Source of the DNA: Octopus vulgaris
Taxonomy: Eukaryota
Length of the DNA: 64,000 nt
Assembly (NCBI GenBank): GCA_951406725.2
Contig: OX597828.1
Span: forward strand, 77,872,001 to 77,936,000
Direction of reading: 5' to 3'
Within the stretch, counting starts at the first letter, position 1. Each line of letters opens with the position of its first letter. Below are positions 49,611 through 62,716 of the stretch, in pieces. The notes under the pieces are model-generated. The model did not search any database. It was not told where the DNA came from and saw nothing but the letters and a program-made list of their open reading frames with translations. Made by a program: the position numbers and the translations under genes.

Positions 49611-50546
49611 CTGCAAGAGAATAGTGTGAGGCTAGAGCATGTCTTAGAATGGTTTCACTGTGGTTGTTGCTGTAACTAGGTCGGTCCTGGCTAAGAAAAT
49701 GAGTGTCACTGGACAAAAAAATGGATAATTAAAATAATTATAATTGATTTTTTGCTCGAAAAGGATTCTATCCTATGTATGCTGTTCTGTCAGTATTTAT
49801 GCGTTGAAAAATATACTCTTCTACATCTTCTACAATATATTTCAACGCTTCAAAAACAAACTTATGTTTGTTTACATTTGAAGTAATCTATACGACATCT
49901 GGCATTTCTGGATGACTTTATAACTTCTAAAAAATTGCAAAAGAATTTGTCGGTCAGCATGACCAGATATAAGAGGGGTGTGAGTTTGATCCTCATGGCT
50001 AGTTGCCGACAAACTTTTCAGCTCTAAAAGGATCTTATCCTATAAATACTGCCCTGTCAGTATTTATGTGTTGAAAAATATATCTTTCTACTTGTATAAT
50101 TAAACTTAAACACACACACACACATGAGTTTGCATTCATTTGTGTTGTTTTTGTTTATTTCCCAACCACGGCTCTTGTGCAGGTGGCACATAAAAAGCAC
50201 CATTTGAGCATGGCCGATGCCAGTACCGCCTGACTGGCCTTCATGCTGGTGGCATGTAAAAGCACCCACTACACTCTCGGAGTGGTTGGCATTAGGAAGG
50301 GCATCCAGCTGTAGAAACTCTGCCAGATCAGATTGGAGTCTGGTGCAGCCATCTGGTTCGCCAGAACTCAGTCAATCGTCCAACCCATGCTAGCATGGAA
50401 AGTGGACGTTAAACGATGATGATGATGATGGTTTCGGGTTCAATCTTACAGCATGGCACCATGGGCAAGTGCCTTCTACTATAGCAATGAGCTGACCAAA
50501 GTCTTGTGAGTGGATTTAGTAGATGGAAACTGGAAGAAGCCAATCA

Positions 50547-50583
<37 letters not shown>

Positions 50584-51297
50584 ATATGTGTATGTATGTA
50601 TATATGTGTGTGTGTGAATATATATATGTATATATGTGTGTGTGTGAATATATATATGTATATATGTGTGCGCATATGTTTGTGCATACATGTGTATGTG
50701 CATGTGTGTGTGTGTGTGCATGCATATGTCTCCTCTTGACCTTGCATGACTATTGTAAATGAATGGCATTCATTTGCAGAATCCAGCAAAATATATCTGG
50801 CCATAGGGACATATTGCCTTGCTTGATTGGAAACAGGTAAGGGTTGGGGGCATGAAGGGTACCCTGCCATAGAAAATTTGCATGCAGGCATGGAAAAGTG
50901 GACATCAAAACGAAGAAAGGAGACAGGGGAAGAAATGGTGAAATCTTCTCTGATACAGGAAGAAGCTGATGAAAGAGACGACAAACACCAGAGGGGAGAA
51001 GAAGCTGTAATGAAGAAATGCCATTCAGCCCATGTGAACGTGGAAAGAACAAGAAGTGACGACGATGGTGGTGGTGGTGGTGGTGGTGGTGGTGTATATA
51101 TATATATATATATATATGTCTCTATGTACACTGGTATGGACTGGTGTGTCATACTACATCCTTCTTCATCAAAAGGTAACATTTGTCATTCAATAAACAG
51201 TGATTGATAAAATAAATATTGGTTCTGGTTTGACTGATTGATTGATTGATTGATTGATTGACTATAAAACCAATGAAAGAATAAGATCTATATTTAC

Positions 51298-51571
51298 ATG
51301 TGTAATGTGATCCCTGAATGCTCCTTCTAGTAGCTCAGAATTTGACAAACATTTGGTGGCTGGGAACTTCACCACTTTCTCACTGTCCCTTGCTGCATCC
51401 ACAAGCAGTGTCGGAATATAATCCACATCATGACGGTTTTTGCTGATTTTCCCAGACTTAAAGTGCACCGAACAGATCCAGGTGCTGTTATTTGGAAGCC
51501 AATTATTAGGCAGGCCAATTTTCTTGATGAACTTGCTCCGCTGGTACTTTCCTCTTGGAATTCGGTAAAAT
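51298..51571 (-). CDS. THAP gene exon 2 (THAP zinc-finger core)
   Basis: acag| FYRIPRGKYQRSKFIKKIGLPNNWLPNNSTWICSVHFKSGKISKNRHDVDYIPTLL... |gtaaat; CSxHF and AVPTIF-like box; donor position less certain. Confidence 0.88.
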
Positions 51572-53220
51572 CTGTGTCAAAAAAATAATTGCAAAAAATA
51601 AGAAAATAAAAAGTTTAAAAATTCAGAGAAAAAAATTTATTGAAATTAAATAAAATTTGTGGTTGTTTAACATTGGCCCTTTCATCTTAATCAAGAAGAC
51701 CCTTGATCAAGGACATTAATAATAATAATAATGATAATAATAATAATCATTTAACATCCAATGTTCGTGCTGGAATGGGTTGGACGGTTTGACCAGGGCT
51801 GGTAAGCTGAGGGGCTGCACCAGACTCCAGTATGATTTGCCCTTCCTAATGCAGACCACTCCAAGAATGTAATGGGTGCCGCCTTTACATGCTACCAGCA
51901 TCTGCCACAACTATGATTTCAATTAAGCTTGATGGGTCTTGGTCATTTGTCATTGCCTCCATGAGGCTAATAATGATATTAATAATAATAATCTTTTCTA
52001 CCATAGACACCAAGGCCTGAAATTTTGAGGGAGGGGGGCTAGTTGATTATATTAAATTTCATGTCCAGCACATCCTACTACATTATATAAGCCTGCAGAG
52101 GCTTCGTTATAAAATAGTCTAGTGGACACTCAGAAGAATCATATCACCCAGTTTCAGTCAAACCCAAATAATTTTGGTCTTCAGGTTCAATCCCTCATAG
52201 TAGTTCCTCCTAACCATTTCTCCTCGATAGATTATTTAATATTCTATTTTTTAACTGCATGTTGAGAAATAGCATTTGCAACTTTTATGCAACAAGGCAG
52301 ATTTGTGTAAAGCGAAAGGTGTGTTTATGATTTCTTTGAAGTCATTATCTGTTTAAATTTGGAGGTAAGGACCACAGAGATAGACTCCTGTGGTGAAGCA
52401 TTTTATTGCAGCTAGTAAGTAGAAGATCGATTCAATATTAGAAGTTGGATAGGTGGGTAGATGTTGGGAAAATGGCCAGTGTGAGTGGAACAATTCTGAG
52501 AATACACCTGTAAAAAGATTAAAAGAAGGGCTCTTGCCCTATTGGTCAGACACCTGTGGCTTTTGTGGGTTTTTTTTTTTTTTTTCAATGAGTAACCTTT
52601 AAAGTGTCTCCCCCTGTTGGGAGTTTTACTTGTTACCTCATTTTTGTTATTTAATGTTTACACGAATGTGAAAACCCTTTGTATTGTCTTGTGTCATCTT
52701 TTATGTATAACTTAGATTAGCCCTTGTGGCCAATAAAAGGAATAAATCATTAGAAGCTGGAGAAGAGCAGAATCCTTCGTACACGGGACAAGATGCCTTG
52801 TGGCATTGCTTCCAGCTTCCCCTCCTGAGTTCAAACACAGCTGCAACTAACTTTGCTTTTCATCCTTTCAGGGTTGGTAAAAATAAGGATTGGTCAAAAC
52901 ATTGGGGGTCAACATAATCGATTTACTCCCTTCCCTGGAGGGTCAAACCTTGTACTTTTACCTATTGCAGAAATGATTATTAAAGTCCTAAGGAATCTTG
53001 TGATTTACCATTCTTATGATATTTTTTTTCTTTTACTTGTTTCAGTCATTTGACTGCAGCCATGCTGGAGCACCGCCTTTAGTCAAGCAAATTGACTCTG
53101 GGACTTATTAAGTAAGCCTGGTACTTATTCTATCGGACTGTTTTGCCAAACCGATTGTCAGGCGATGGTGGGGACAAACACAGACATAAAGACACACAAA
53201 TATATACATACATATATATA

Positions 53221-53249
<29 letters not shown>

Positions 53250-53251
<2 letters not shown>

Positions 53252-56114
53252 GGGTATACTTCTTGGGTATACTTCTTGCGTGGGTATACTTCTTGCAGAG
53301 AAATGGGTAGGTAAGGTAATTGAGGTAGTCAGAGTAAGTGACAGAGTAATTAAAATTAGATTAGTTCTTCATCACAGGACAGTTACCATCATCTCGGCAT
53401 ATGCCCCTCAACCAGGGCTACCGGAAGGACAAAAAGACCAATTCTATGACACCCTATTGCGAACTACCTCGTTGACAAATGACAGTGACCTTCTCTTCGT
53501 GGCAGGTGATTTCAATGGACATGTCGGACGGCATGTCGGGGGCTTCCATGGCGTCCATGGAGGCTACGGTTTCGGCTCTCGTAATGAGGAGGGAACCAGG
53601 CTGCTGGAGTTCTGCGATGCAAATGACCTTATGGTCTGCAATACCAACTTCAGGAAACTCTCCTCTCACCTAGTCACCTACCGTTCTGGCAGACACACCA
53701 GCCAGATTGACTACATCCTTGCCAGAAAAAGGGAAAGAGGGCTGATTATAAATGCCAAAACCTTTCCAGGCGAAGAATGCACTCCTCAACATAGATTAGT
53801 AGTTAGCGACTTCAGGATCAGAGCTAAATGGTTGCCCAGAAGAAGACCTGCTTGGAGGAGAAGGGTCTGGAAGCTTAAAGATCCTGCAAATGGACAGAGA
53901 TTTAGAGACATACTACTCGAAGCCTTTGACGAAATAGAAGGGGATATAGCTTCACTTAATGTGGAAGACAACTGGAGATTTCTACGGGACAATCTGCTGA
54001 CAGCCACTGACCAGATCTGTGGATGGAGCAAAGTACCATCTCAACCCAGAGTAACATGGTGGTGGAACACTGTGGTTGACAGGGCTATTAGACAAAAGAG
54101 ACAGGCTTGGAAGGACTGGAAGAACGGTGGTAGCAGGGAATTGTATCAGACAGCCAGAAGGGAAGCTAGGAGACAGGTTTATTTAGCCAGAGGGGAAGTG
54201 GATAAGAAAAAATTTGCCAATGTTCTGCGCTGTGAGGATGAAAGACTTGAGGTATTTCGTGTTGCAAGACAGTGTGTGAGAGAGAATCGTGATGTGGTAG
54301 GAGAGAAATGTGTCCACATGGATGATGGTTCACTTGCGCTAAATGAGGATGCAAAGAGAGAGGTTTGGAGATGCCACTATGAAAGGTTGCTGAATAAAGA
54401 AAATGAATGGGATAAAGAGAGTCTGCCGAATGTTGACCCAACAGAGGGACCAGCTATCCAAGTTGATAGTTCCGTGGTAGCTAAGGCAATTAGAAGCATG
54501 AAGACAGGGAAAGCCCCAGGCCCATCGGGAATTAATGCAGAGATGCTCAAAATATCTGGCAGTGTCGGCTACAACCTAGTCACCCGTATAGTCAACCAGG
54601 TGATACACGAAGGAGTCATACCCAATGACTGGTGTAGCAGCATACTAGTCAACTGCTACAAAGGTAAAGGTGATGCCCTAGATACAAATAATTACAGAGG
54701 TATCAAGCTGTTGGATCAGGTAATGAAGGTTATGGAGAGGGTCATAGCCCAACTAATTAGAGAGAGAGTTAGTTTAGATGAGATGCAGTTTGGGTTTGTG
54801 CCGGGGAAAAGCACCACTGATGCTATATTCCTGGTAAGGCAGCTGCAGGAGAAATACCTAGCCAAAGATAAGCCCCTGTACCTGGCTTTCGTTGACATGG
54901 AGAAAGCCTTTGATAGGGTCCCCCGATCCCTCATCTGGTGGTCAATGAGGAAACTAGGGATAGATGAATGGCTGGTGAGGGCTGTGCAAGCCATGTACAG
55001 AGATGCCGTAAGCAAGGTTAGGGTTGGCAACATGTACACAGAAGAATTCAAAGTAGAGGTTGGGGTCCACCAGGGTTCAGTACTCAGCCCCCTCCTATTT
55101 ATCATAGTCCTCCAGGCAATAACAGAGGAATTCAAGACAGGTTGCCCCTGGGAGCTCCTCTATGCTGACGACCTCGCTCTAATTGCTGAGTCACTATCAG
55201 AACTGGAGGAGAAGTTCCAGGTGTGGAAGGAGGGTTTAGAATCGAGGGGCCTTAGAGTCAACCTAGCTAAAACCAAAGTACTAATAAGTAGAAAGGTAGG
55301 CAATCCACAAATGTCCTCAGGAAGATGGCCCTGCTCGATCTGTAGAAAAGGTGTAGGTAGAAACTCTATAAGATGTACCCAGTGTAAGCTATGGACACAT
55401 AAGAGGTGCAGCAATGTCAAAGGTAGGCTAACTGGGAAGATAGTCTTTATATGTGGCAGATGCTCGGGAGCATTGACCTCCGAAAATCTGCAGAAAACAA
55501 CTTCCGTCACTTTCCAGGGGGAAAAATTAGAAGTAGTTGATAGCTTCCGTTATCTAGGTGACCAAGTCAGTAGTGGGGGTGGGTGCGCTGAGAGTGTAAC
55601 TGCTAGAATAAGAATAGCCTGGGCAAAGTTTAGGGAGCTCTTACCTCTGCTGGTGACTAAAGGCCTCTCGCTCAGAGTAAAGGGCAGACTGTATGATGCA
55701 TGTGTTCGAACTGCCATGCTACATGGCAGTGAAACATGGGCCGTGACTGCTGAGGACATGCGTAAGCTCATGAGGAATGAAGCCAGTATGCTCCGATGGA
55801 TGTGTAATGTCAGTGTACTTACTCGACAGAGTGTTAGTTCCCTAAGAGAAATGTTGTACCTAAGAAGCATCAGTTGTTGCGTGCAAGAGAGACGATTGCG
55901 ATGGTATGGTCATGTGGCGAGAATGGATGAAGATAGGTGTGTGAGAAAGTGCCAATCCCTAGCAGTTGAGGGAACCCGTGGAAGAGGTAGACCCAGGAAA
56001 ACCTGGGACGAGGTGGTGAAGCACGACCTTCGAACATTAGGTCTCACCATGGAAATGACCAGAGACCGAGACCTATGGAAGTATGCTGTGCGTGAGAAGA
56101 CCCGGCAAGACTAG
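53250..56114 (+). CDS. RTE LINE ORF (APE endonuclease, 5'-truncated; reverse transcriptase; PHD-like finger)
   Basis: 954 codons uninterrupted; GDFNGH, SQIDYIL, PQHRLV (APE); [27 protein letters not shown] (RT); C4HC3 cluster; the start ATG is a junction artefact. Confidence 0.95.
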
Positions 56115-56917
56115 TGAAGCCATAACCCGTGGCCCCTACCTGGGACGTAGTCAGTCCGCCTGTGCATACCTTCCTGCTTGTGACACTTGAGAAGACCTGT
56201 TGAGGCAAATCAAATCAAAGTCAAATCGAATCAAGTCAAACCAAATCAAAATAGATGAACATCAATGGAATTTGTATCCTTGTGGTACCAGTGCCGGTGG
56301 CACATAAGGAAACCATCCTAACGGGACCGTAGCCAGTACCGCATCGACTGGCCTCCGTGCTGTGGGCACGTAACAAACACCGTCCGAGCGTGGCCGTCTG
56401 CCAGCCTCGTCTGGCACCTGTGTCGGTGGCACATAAAAACACCATCCGAGCGTGGCCGTCTGCCAGCCTCGTCTGGCACCTGTGTCGGTGGCACATAAAA
56501 ACACCATTCGAGCGTGGCCGTCTGCCAGCCTCGTCTGGCACCTGTGTCGGTGGCACATAAAAACACCATCCGAGCGTGGCCGTCTGCCAGCCTCGTCTGG
56601 CACCTGTGTCGGTGGCACATAAAAACACCATCCGAGCGTGGCCGTCTGCCAGCCTCGTCTGGCACCTGTGTCGGTGGCACATAAAAACACCATCCGAGCG
56701 TGGCCGTTCGCCAGCCTTGTCTGGCACCTGTGTCGGTGACACATAAAATCACCCACTACACTCTCGGAGTGGTTGGCGTTAGGAAGGGCATCCAGCTGTA
56801 GAAACACTGCCAGATCTGACTGGCCTGGTGCAGCCTTCGGGCTCCCCAGACCCCAGTTGAACCGTCCAACCCATGCTAGCATGGAAAGCGGACGTTAAAC
56901 GATGATGATGATGATGA

Positions 56918-56920
<3 letters not shown>
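53251..56920 (+). mobile_element. Young RTE LINE insertion including 3'UTR and (gat)n tail
   Basis: ORF plus 3'UTR ending cccatgctagcatggaaagcggacgttaaac(gat)n; the same tail occurs as more than 15 short copies (e.g. 1900, 3720, 7060, 11960, 17400, 18200, 24800, 26805, 46770, 50170, 51750). Confidence 0.95.
56375..56746 (+). repeat. Six 62-bp tandem repeats in the RTE 3'UTR
   Basis: Unit aaacaccatccgagcgtggccgtctgccagcctcgtctggcacctgtgtcggtggcacataa. Confidence 0.95.
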
Positions 56921-56976
<56 letters not shown>

Positions 56977-56994
56977 CATATATATATATACATA

Positions 56995-57570
56995 CATGAT
57001 GGCCATCCACTCGTGACCGAGGAAGACCATTGCCGACCTTCAGGAACATTGTGCGCTCTAGGACTAACTTATATTTTGCATTTGCGGCTCCGTTGGTGGC
57101 TAATGAGCCCTGCTCTTGACAAGCATACACGACTGCAAACATTGCAGACCAAGCTTTCCCCATGCACTATACGAGCCATGCGCTTTCGCGCAGCTTGCTT
57201 AAGTCCTTCATGCTGGATATGTGCTCTCTCAAAAGTGCAGGCATTGTTCTCCCAGTCAGTGTCCTGCATATCAAAGGCCTTTAACGAGGACTTGACACAA
57301 TCCTTAAATCGCAGCCTTGGTTTCTGCCGGAGTCTCCTTCCATTCACAAGTTCTCCATAGAGCATCTGCTTAGGAATCCTTCTATCCTCCCATTCTAATA
57401 AGGTGTCCAGTCCAACACAACTGGTGCTTGTGTACCATCGCCTCAATACTCAAGATATCAGCTGTCCTCAGGATCTGTGTGTCTGGAATCTTTGAGGTCC
57501 AGCCAACATTGAGAATGTGTCTGAGACATCTCTGATGAAAACGTTCAAGGACCCTTACCTGACGTTTGTA
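56995..57570 (-). mobile_element. RTE-BovB-like LINE 3' fragment
   Basis: LERFHQRCLRHILNVGW..IPD..L...SIEAM..QL.WTGHLIRM..RIPKQMLYGEL..G.R....RLRFKD; C-terminal C2H2-like CNVCSRVCLSRAGLISHQR. Confidence 0.9.
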
Positions 57571-58094
57571 CACATACATACATATATATATACGACGAGC
57601 TTCTTTCAGTTTCTGTCTACCAAATGCACATACAAGGTTTAGGTCAGCCTGGGGCTATTGTAGAAGACACTTGCCCAAGATGCCATGCAGTGGGATTGAA
57701 CCTGGAACCATGTGGTTGGGAAGCAAGCTTCTTACCATACAGCCACGCCTGCACCTACAGATACATAAATCTCTGGTTTTTGTACATATACAATAGGAGA
57801 CCACCACTACCTACCACTGAGAGGAACATACTTTAATATACTGTTTCATCAGTTTTAGTAATTTAATAACTGCAAGTGGAAAAATATGAATTGGTAATTT
57901 TTGAGATTCAAAATATGATATATCTGTATTTCATTCAATTTAATGCTGGCCTTGTAATCTTTTAGCAGACAGTGTCTTCAATATCAGGCACAGTGGAGTT
58001 GATTAATATATCTGTTCCAAGAAGACTACGGCTAAAATTTCATAAAAAATCCCTTCAGACAAAAACGAAAAAAAAAAATCCAAGTGTTTTTTAG

Positions 58095-58512
58095 CCAATT
58101 AGCATTTGAACCAGCCATATAGCCATATCTAACCCAAACATTTTACCTATTTTGGGCTCAAATCGGCCTGGTCTGGCCTATCACATTGGTTCTGTAATGT
58201 CATTCAAAAAAATAAAGAATTACAGCATTGAAGCCTCAAAGCTACAAAATATTGCATGATTAATTCAAAATAATGTGAATAAATGAGCTTTATATCTAAC
58301 AGCGTAGCATTTAAACTGGCCAAAATATTCTACCAGTTTTATATTCAAACTGACCAGACCCGGCATCTCACCAACTCTACAATGTCATTCTAAAAAATAA
58401 GCAATCACAGAATTTAAAGCTTGAAGACAGGAGATAACAAAGGATTAATTCAACACAATGTGAATAAACAAACATCACATTTGACAGAGTAGTCTGAATG
58501 CCAAAGGGTCAA
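58095..58512. mobile_element. Two degenerate tandem copies of a piggyBac-like MITE
   Basis: Duplicated tagcattt..aatgtcattc.aaaaaa..gattaattcaa...aatgtgaataaa; end tgaatgccaaagggtcaa. Confidence 0.4.
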
Positions 58513-58724
58513 TCGTTTTTACCCGTCAAACTGGAAAAGTTGCAGATGGCATTGTCAAAGATTAGATGAACAAATGAATATTCAGAAATTTCTTGGAATT
58601 AAAGCGGCCATGTTATCCATTTATCCATTTATGATGTTATTTGTTTTAACTTGAAGTAAGGTATGTGGTGGGATGAGACTAAGACCAGCCATTAGAGTCC
58701 ACTTCTCACCCAGTTTTGTGAAGA

Positions 58725-59050
58725 CATGTGGCTTAGCGGTTAGTGTTTTCAGATTACAACCATAGGGTGATGAGTTCGATTCCTGATGGCGCTTTGTGTC
58801 CTTGAGCAAGACACTTTATTTCACTTTATTGCTCCAATCCACTCAGCTTGCAAAAATAAGTTGTACCTTTAATTCAAAAGGGCCAGCCTTGTCCCATTTA
58901 GTGTGTCATGCTGACTATCCCCCTAGAACTACATTAAGGGTAGGCATGTCTGAGGAGTGCTCAGCCACTAGCATGCTAAATTCATGAGTAGGCTGTTCAG
59001 TTGATAGAACCAATTAGGACACTCGTCATCATATCTGATAGAGTACCCAG
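58725..59050 (+). mobile_element. tRNA-derived SINE, family C
   Basis: A box tggcttagcgg, B box gagttcgattcc, body as at 5570. Confidence 0.7.
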
Positions 59051-60750
59051 CCATAAGCCACCCAGTCTTATAAATAAGAACTGTACAAGTTTGGGGTTAG
59101 ATTTCATCAAAGCAAAATTTTCTAATATAGTCCCCAACTGACTAAAACTTCAGAGTGAAACTTGATGGAAACTGTGTTGAAGCCCTGTTCTTATATGGTA
59201 TACTTAATCTATTTTCAGGTTTATCCAACCATCTGGTTTTCAAGTGCCTTTCACAATCCACACCGTTGCAAGCATTTGGACCAAGACTCTGAAAGAAGGA
59301 TACTTATTTCCATCCGTCTTGAAGGGAGCCGAAAGACAGAATGGGTGTTACCTGTCCTCTCAAAATCTGAGGTAACGACAAACTTTGGACTTCTGTTTTG
59401 TAGAAGACGCAGCAATCACAACTTTCAAGAATTTTATGGAAGATACAGTTCTTATATTATATTAAAAATGAGAAGTGCAGAACAGGCAGAGCACCAGAAA
59501 AAATACCAGGTGGTGTTGTGTGAGACCAGGGCTGGCCAACCAGACTTTTATCTTGCAGCCCACTTGATACTTTCTTGAAGTATTGTGTTTAATTCCAAAA
59601 TAAAATTGGTCGTGTAAAACCTTTGTTTCAAAATAAATCAAAGATTTATAAGTGGAAACAAAGCAATAGCCTACAATTTTATAATTTTAAACAAACGAAA
59701 AGTAGGAAAAATTCTTGATTCTGTAACGTAATTAATTGACGATTAGTGCATAAATTATACGAGCGGCCCTCAAAAACCTTTCTGTGATTAAAGTGACCCG
59801 CAATGTAATTCGAGTTGGCAAGGCCTGTGTTAGACTTTCTGACAGGGTTTATAAAGAATCGATCTAGTACTGGAGTCGGCTGTATTCCTTCAACTAACAT
59901 TTCTGATTTTGTTATCAACGTTAAGAACCCCATTACAACGTTTAAGTGGTAGAAAAAGTAATCATGCCGAATTAAATGCCATTTAGTAATTAGTTTCAAC
60001 AGTTCAGATCTCGTCAGAGTACCCTTGTGAAATTAAGTGTCAGTTATAGACCCAAATCGACTTTCAGCTTTTGTGGTTTTGCTGCGACGAGGGACATAAT
60101 TAGAAAAGCTGGAGGGGCAATGAGCAGCCGGGTCCGTTAACAGAGTCAGGCGAATTGCTTTGCAGCATTTTTACTCGTTTTTCACGGTCCCTGTACAAAT
60201 ACTGCAGAGGCCAAAGTTACCAGTCATGTACTAGGGTCGATGCTATTGCTTAAAACCCGCTCACCTCAAAATTATTGACCTTTTACTTAAAATGGGTACA
60301 ATTATAAAGGCTGGCAGGCGGGTATGGAGGCAGGTAATTTTAAGTAGAAGAAAAGAAAAATGAGCCAACGACGTGCAAGAAATAGCAATGATATCTCCTT
60401 TAATTCACTCGCTTTATTGTTTTGGAGGGGGACGGACAGATTCGGTTAAAGTGGATCGAGATAGAGATGGAAAAAAATTAACCAAAAGGCTGTTGGACCA
60501 GAAGAGTTAGGCCTGGGGTTAAACAATAAGCAACAACATCTGATGATTGAGCTTCTGTGAGGTCGTAGAAATAGCAGCCAAAGTCCGTTAAACCGTACTT
60601 TAACGTCTCAAAAACGAAAGAAAGGAAGGAAGCCAAGGACGTGCTAGAAATAGCAATGATATTTCCCTCAATTCCTATCACCTTTGAAAGGAGAATATAT
60701 CTGATTAAAGTGGATCTGGAGATACACACACACACACACATACATGTATG

Positions 60751-60800
<50 letters not shown>

Positions 60801-61353
60801 AGCAAGGACTGTTATACAACAATAACAACAGCCGATGAGTGACCACTTTACGTGGTCGTCGTAAAAATAGCAGCCAAATACCTTAAGCCACACTGTAAGG
60901 ACTTGAAAAAAAAAAGAAAGATAAGGACATATAGAATTATGTAGTGTGAAAGAGTGTCTTAGAAATGGTCACGGTAGGAATGTACATGATTGTTAGGTGT
61001 AAGAGGTGAAGGGCCAAACAACAAACATCAAACAGCAACAACAACAACAAGCGGGCCAAACGCCATTTCCACGTTGGAGAGGAACACGTCAACAAATGGT
61101 TCAACTGCCAAGTTTGGGAGGGAAAGAAAGGCGAAGGTCGTCAACAAGAGGGGTTTCAACAGGGGATTTCGTCTTTATTAGACACAGGGACACATCGAAT
61201 AATAACAATAATAGAAGTGGTGATAATAGGGTAAAAAGGTTAATGGTGACAACAACAACAACAAGAACAACATAAGCAATGACAACAGCAAATTAAAAAA
61301 AGAGAAAACGAGTAAATTTCAGAAATACTAACATACATGTATATAAGTGTGTG

Positions 61354-61388
<35 letters not shown>

Positions 61389-61539
61389 ATACATGTATAC
61401 ACACATACGTACAGCATAGATGTGAGTGTTTATGAACGTCATATATGCATGCGTGTGTGTGTGTGTGTGTGTGTGTGGATGCAGGGATGTGTGTGTGTGT
61501 GTGTGTGTGTTCATAAACCAACAAATAAACTAAACAAAC

Positions 61540-61604
61540 CGTAATTTCTGGCTCGACGAATGTCGATTGTTGCAACCGACAACACAACAAGTTGCGGCTG
61601 GCAT
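61540..61604 (-). CDS. THAP gene exon 1
   Basis: MPAATCCVVGCNNRHSSSQKL(R) |gtttgt; C-x4-C; phase 2 joins exon 2 to complete a C2CH THAP finger. Confidence 0.88.
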
Positions 61605-62682
61605 TCTCAGCTGGGTTCACTTGAAATATTCTGATTGTTGGGATTTCAGCAATCCGGTCTTCTCTATCATCAGAGAGCGAGAGAGAGAGAGAAAAAAAAA
61701 GAAGGTGTTATATGTTGTTTTCTTTTGGTGTTTGAAAGAGGAAAGAATTCCACAAACAATAAAAAGCCGACTTCGGAGTTCAAAAGCTTCGCTCGTCGTC
61801 GTCGTCGTCGTCGTAAATGTCTTTTCTTTCTTTCTTTCTTTCTTTCTTTCTCGTCACGTAACGTGTTTACTAAAGTTGCTCCCCTTTGTAATGCTCTTTA
61901 CGATTTAGAGGTAAAAACAACATACTGTGCCAAACAATAACAAAAATATTTTCGTGTCGTTGTGTTGTGGTGTTCATGCCTTTCCTCATAGCATTAATAA
62001 TGAATATATATAAGAACTTGTAACTTCTCTGTACTCGGCTGACTTTTGAAAAAGATCAATTATTGATAGATTCGGAAATGTAATCCTGCATTTTGCTGCT
62101 ATTTTCAGCAAATCGACGACTTTGTGTAATGAATAAACTGACGCCTGGCAAGAGATGAAGGAAGCTGTTGAAAAGGTTGTTAGGATGGGAAAACCACAAA
62201 GGTCTCAGCCGCAAGGAAACCTTTAGTTATAGGTTCTGGAAGTCATTGACAAAATGAAAAAGTTTAACGTAGAAAAAGTTTTCTTAACTTTTCTCTTGTG
62301 ATGAATAATAATGTAGAAGCAATCCTGAAGTTGAACGTCGTGAAATAGCATAGGAACTGAATGGCTGTTGAAACGAAAGCTGTAGATCTTTTAGCTCGGG
62401 GTACCAAGTTGTAAAGGATAACTGGTGCTAAGAGACACCCGAAGCAGCCACAATGAAAGAAGGACTCACAACAGGAACAGAGGAATCCTTTCTATAGACG
62501 GCCAGTGAGGTAGTATCATCAATATACGAATAAGTTCAACACGTGGGATCTCGTAAATTGATCTTTTTGAACAGTTACCTTCATGTTTTTCAAAAGTAAG
62601 CCTGCGAGTTTTCCATTTTGCTCCTTACTCACTTCACTCTCTCCCTCTCTGCTTGTCGAACAACTTAATCTTTTTGTTGTTG

Positions 62683-62716
<34 letters not shown>

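Larger units (their letters stand above)
53030..57757 (-). mobile_element. Family-A SINE split by two nested LINEs
   Basis: Tail half at 53030-53200, head half at 57590-57757; insertions lie in the internal microsatellite. Confidence 0.8.

Noticed and set aside
56375-56746. CRISPR-like regular repeat array
   Set aside because: Units are contiguous with no unique spacers, lie in a LINE 3'UTR, and there are no cas genes in this eukaryotic context
59985-60025. CTGACGA...GAAA on the minus strand
   Set aside because: No convincing stem I or stem II pairing
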